Shown here in pieces: positions 60,301-64,000 of a stretch of DNA of 64,000 nt (the stretch's first letter is position 1; each line of letters opens with the position of its first letter). Position numbers and translations under genes: made by a program. This DNA is from Cyanophora paradoxa CCMP329 (taxonomy: Eukaryota; Plantae; Glaucophyta). The notes under the pieces are model-generated. The model ran no database searches and was not told the origin of the DNA. It was given only the letters and a program-made list of their open reading frames with translations. The stretch covers positions 124,001-188,000 of the forward strand of contig QPMI01000035.1 in assembly GCA_004431415.1 (NCBI GenBank), given 5' to 3'.

Positions 60301-63300
60301 TTAGAGATCTTGAGAGCTCTCTGCGCGGCCATCATTCAGTCAGCCAATCCTGCCACGTGCAGGCCAGCTTTTTAAAAATGAAAGCGGCTCAGGTTTGCGC
60401 ATTCCCGTACCTTGTACAGTGGCAGCGCCTTTGTGTACTCGCCTGTTTCCTGATACAGCTCTGCGAGCTCGCGGAGCATCGCCGGCATGTCGGGGTGCTC
60501 GGGGCCGCGCGCCTTCTCCTTGATCCTAGGGTGGTCAGAACTGCATGCATATTCCTCTTCGATTTTGCAGGCCCGCTGATCATGAGCCAGAGACCCAAAA
60601 ACATCCCGCCGTCAGCTGCTCACTCCGGCACCACCCGTGAGCTCTATACTGTTGCTCGTAATTACTGCGCACCTCGCACAGTGGTAATGCCTTCGTGTAC
60701 TCGCCCATCGCCCTGTACAGCCCTGCAAGCGTGTTGAGAGATGCTGCCGTATCCGGGTGCCAGGGACCGAGCGCTTTCTCAAGGATTGTGAGGGTCCGCT
60801 GCACATGAGACCCAAACCCAAATTTCATGATCAGTCAGCCGTTCTCGACGCTTTTCTGATAAAAGCAGATTTGCAATCGCTGCCGCCCACCGCGCACCTC
60901 GTACAGTGGAAGTGCCTTCGTGTAATCTCCCAACTTCTGGTGCAGCTTCGCGAGCGAGTGGAGCGCCGCCGCTGTGCGGGGGTGTTCGGGGCCGAGCGCC
61001 TTCTCGAAGATCGCAAGAGACCGCTGTGCCGGAGGCCCCGCCCGTCCCGCCGTCAGCCGCCCCACCCCGACCCCACCTACGTTCTCTCGATTGAAGTGCA
61101 TCCGCTGCAGCCCGTCGCGCACCTCGTTCAGCGGCAGCGCCTTCGCGTACTTGCCCATCGCCTGGTACAGCCCTGCGAGCTGGTGAAGCGCCATTGCTGC
61201 TCTGGGATGTTCGACTCCGAGCGCCTTCTCCTCAATCGTGAGGGATTGCTGCGCATGCGCCGGAGGCCCCACACCATCCCAGTCAGCCCACGCCCTGCTC
61301 ATGTTGATATCGATGCGTATGCTCGATTAATGGAAGTGACCTCTGAAAGTGGCAGCGCCTTTGCAAATGCACCCATCGCCTGGTATAGCGCCACTAACGA
61401 TCCACACATTGTCACTGTCTTGAGGTGCTCAGGACCGTACGCCTGCTCGAAAATCGCAAGGGCCCGCTGCGCAGGGTAAGAGCCCCCGCCCCCTTCGTCG
61501 GCCGCCCTGCCCCGCCCATTGCGGTCCATCTCGCACCTCATACAGAGTCAATGCCTTTCCGTACTTGCCGGTCACCTGGTAAAGCCCTGCGAGCGAGTGG
61601 AGCACCATCGCCGTGTCGGGGTGCTCGGGGCCAAGCGCCTTCGAATTCTCGGCAATCGTGAGGGACCGCTGCGCCAGAGGCCCCACCCCGTCCCGCCGTC
61701 ATGATCAGCCGTCCCGCCCCGACCCCGCCCGCGCTCTCTCGATCGAAACACATCCGCTGCGGCCCGCCGCGCACCTTGTACAGTGGCAGCGCCTTCGCGT
61801 AATCACCCATCGCCTGGTACAGCCACGCGAGCCCGTGCAGCGCCCCTGCCGTGTTGGGGTGCTCGGGGCCGTCGGCCCTCTCGTTGATCGCGACGGACCG
61901 CTGCAAGGACATCAAATCGAGCAGCTCCAAGGTAACAATAAGCGCTTCAGCACCTGCGAGAACGGGATTCCTTCTGCCGAGCGGCCCATTTTGTCAAGGA
62001 CTTGCGCGGCACGGCAAAGGTTGTATGCATCATCGGTGGTGCTCGCCGCGTCGAGGTGCAGGCGCTTCGCGTAGCATGCTGCTGCATCCTCCAATCGCCC
62101 GCTGCGGAGCCACAGCTCCACGAGCTCGAAGTCGTCGAGCCGCCTCAGCACGTCCGCGTCGCAGAGCAGGTTGGCGAGGGCGTCGCTGTGCCCGGGCCCC
62201 GCCCGCGCGAGCGCCCACGGCCCCTCCTCCGCGCGGCGCTGCGACGGCTCGCGAGCGCCAAAGAAATCCCCGAGCCGCGCGTGCGCGGCCTGCCGAGCTG
62301 CCCCGGCCTCCTCCAGCCCGAACTCGAGCTCGGCCGCCTGTTATATATACAATATTTATCAAATTGCAATTGTACGGGCCTCTCGACTTTAACAGTATTC
62401 TCACCTCCACGGCGCATCGATGGAAGAAGCCAAACACGCCATCTAATTATAATCAACGGAAGTGGAGAGTGAAGAAACACGTGGCTTTCAACAGAAAAGA
62501 AGTGGCTGCGTTTGTACCTCGATCCACGAGCATCGGAAGCATCCCGTACCACAACAGGCTCCATTGTACCTGTCACGGAAAACTGTCAGCGTCAGTGATC
62601 AAAATATTCTCTGCACACGATGTGCACCTCCGTCGGCCCGCCGGGCTCCCCGACCCGAAGTAGCGCCAGGAGCTCGCTCTCCGCCATCCCGTGGCGCGAG
62701 CAGACGATCGCACCCGCCACTGCTGCCACTGGGTTCTCCCCTTCTCCCTCGGCGTTGTACCTCTGCATCAGCCGGCGAAGGACGATGCATATTAGGTCCC
62801 GCGGCCCGCCGCAGGCCAGGCACGACTCGAGGACCGCGTCCAGAGTCGCGTGCACCGCCACCGCTGACAGCTCCTCCAGTAGCGTCCGCAGATACAGCCT
62901 GATCCAGAGTTGTCGGTCATGGATAAATCAAAACACGAAATGAGAAGAAAGCGACTCCTGGCGCACGCGTTCGCGCAGGCGGGCGAGTGGACTATCTTAT
63001 CGATGCGATCATCGCTCAGAGTACGCCCCTGCTCCTGCAGCACGCGCCACACGACTTCCCTCCGCTGTTCCGTTGTCAGCACCGCCAGCTCGCGCTCTCG
63101 TGTGCGAGGCAGCGCCCGTGTCGCGCTCAGGGCAGGACCTGACCCAGCAATCGACGTCAGCTCAGAACCGGCCGAGCTCAGCACATGTACAGATGCCCAC
63201 AGAAGCGCACCTGGAACACAGGACACGACGATGCGAAGCTCCGGGCCCGCAGCGGGCGGGAGCCAGGCGAGCGAGCGGGCGGCGGGGTCCCCTCGCAGCT

Positions 63301-64000
63301 GGTCGAGCGCGTCGAGCACGAGGACCACCCGCCCCGGCCACCGTGCCACCCCCGCGGCGAGCCACGCCTTCAGCCGGCCCGCCACCTCCGCATCACTCCC
63401 GTGCGACTCGACACCCTCCTCATTCGGCCACCGCTCCTTCACCTCCTCGCTGACCCGCCTGCGCGAGCGTGAGCAAAGGTTTGCAGATCCTGTACAGTCA
63501 CGACCCAGCGCAGCGACCGGGCGATGGAAGAGAGGAAGGAGCTGCTCTGCGAGCCGCCAATGAAGTGGGCGATTGTTAGGTCGCCCGGGTGCGCGCCACC
63601 CCACTGCGCCGACCAGTTTGCGAGCACGGCTGATGGCTGAATGAGAGAAGCCAACAATACTAGCGCACACACCAACGCGACGCACAGCTCTTCCCGCATC
63701 CGACCGCGCCGTGCAGCACGAAGATCTCATGCCCGCTTGCCGCAGCATAGGCATCGAGGGCGGCCGCGTCCTGCGGGTCGATGATGAAGGTCCGCCGTCG
63801 AGCTTCCGCAAACGAAGCCTGCGCTGCCCGCTCCTTTTGCAGCCACGTCTGCTGCTGGCCCAGCGGGTAGTCCCGCTCGATCATCTGCGCTCAAAGCGAG
63901 TCGGGCCAAGCGAGGCTCGGCAGTAAACAAAAGGTCAGACCGCGGCAAGGGCGTCGCGCATGGCGAGAGCTAGCTGCTCGGGGCCGTCGTAGTTCGAGAC
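57350..64000 (-). CDS. NACHT/AAA_16-type NTPase + TPR array (NPHP3-like, NLR-like); 5' end outside window
   Basis: Walker A VLHGAVGCGKS (~63700), HFIGGS, Walker B VVLVLDALDQL, LAWLP, LYLRTLLEEL, SRHGMAESEL, then 19 TPR exons and a terminal exon with stop at 57350. Confidence 0.9.
57508..61900 (-). repeat. Array of 19 single-TPR exons
   Basis: Exons 61900-61775, 61668-61537 (132 nt), 61466-61341, 61248-61123, 61023-60898, 60798-60673, 60540-60411 (130 nt), 60320-60195, 60112-59987, 59853-59728, 59520-59395, 59317-59192, 59039-58914, 58789-58664, 58486-58361, 58254-58129, 58035-57910, 57810-57685, 57633-57508. All are 126 nt unless noted, each CAG|...|GT (one GC). Confidence 0.92.

Overview
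Eukaryotic (protist/algal-like) genomic window. GC-rich, intron-dense host DNA with short introns and frequent GC donors is interrupted by two AT-rich, intronless, gene-dense blocks that look like endogenous Polinton-like/Maverick-type DNA viruses. Block A (<1-~8.9 kb, cut by the window edge) holds a patatin lipase and a ~1100-aa fibre gene broken by three frameshifts. It also holds four fibre-like paralogues sharing an N-terminal domain (two end in C1q-like heads), a small phage-like accessory ORF and an HNH-AP2 endonuclease. Block B (~21.9-45.7 kb) holds a truncated minor capsid gene, an intact double-jelly-roll-like major capsid gene, an A32-type packaging ATPase and a primase/D5-SF3 helicase gene inactivated and amplified as 5.2 x 1169 bp. 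It also holds a decayed protein-primed PolB, an intact rve integrase, two inverted GTGTCACAG iteron clusters, a 323/396-bp satellite and a terminal 30-bp inverted repeat. Host parts include a hAT-like non-autonomous element with an 8-bp TSD, a receiver-domain gene with a 10-nt microexon, a GT2-like gene and an SMPD4-like gene. They also include a NACHT-type NTPase-TPR (NLR-like) gene in which each 42-aa TPR is its own 126-nt phase-0 exon (19 cassettes plus a terminal exon) with variable surface positions. All family assignments come from motif recognition by eye; no database searches were run.
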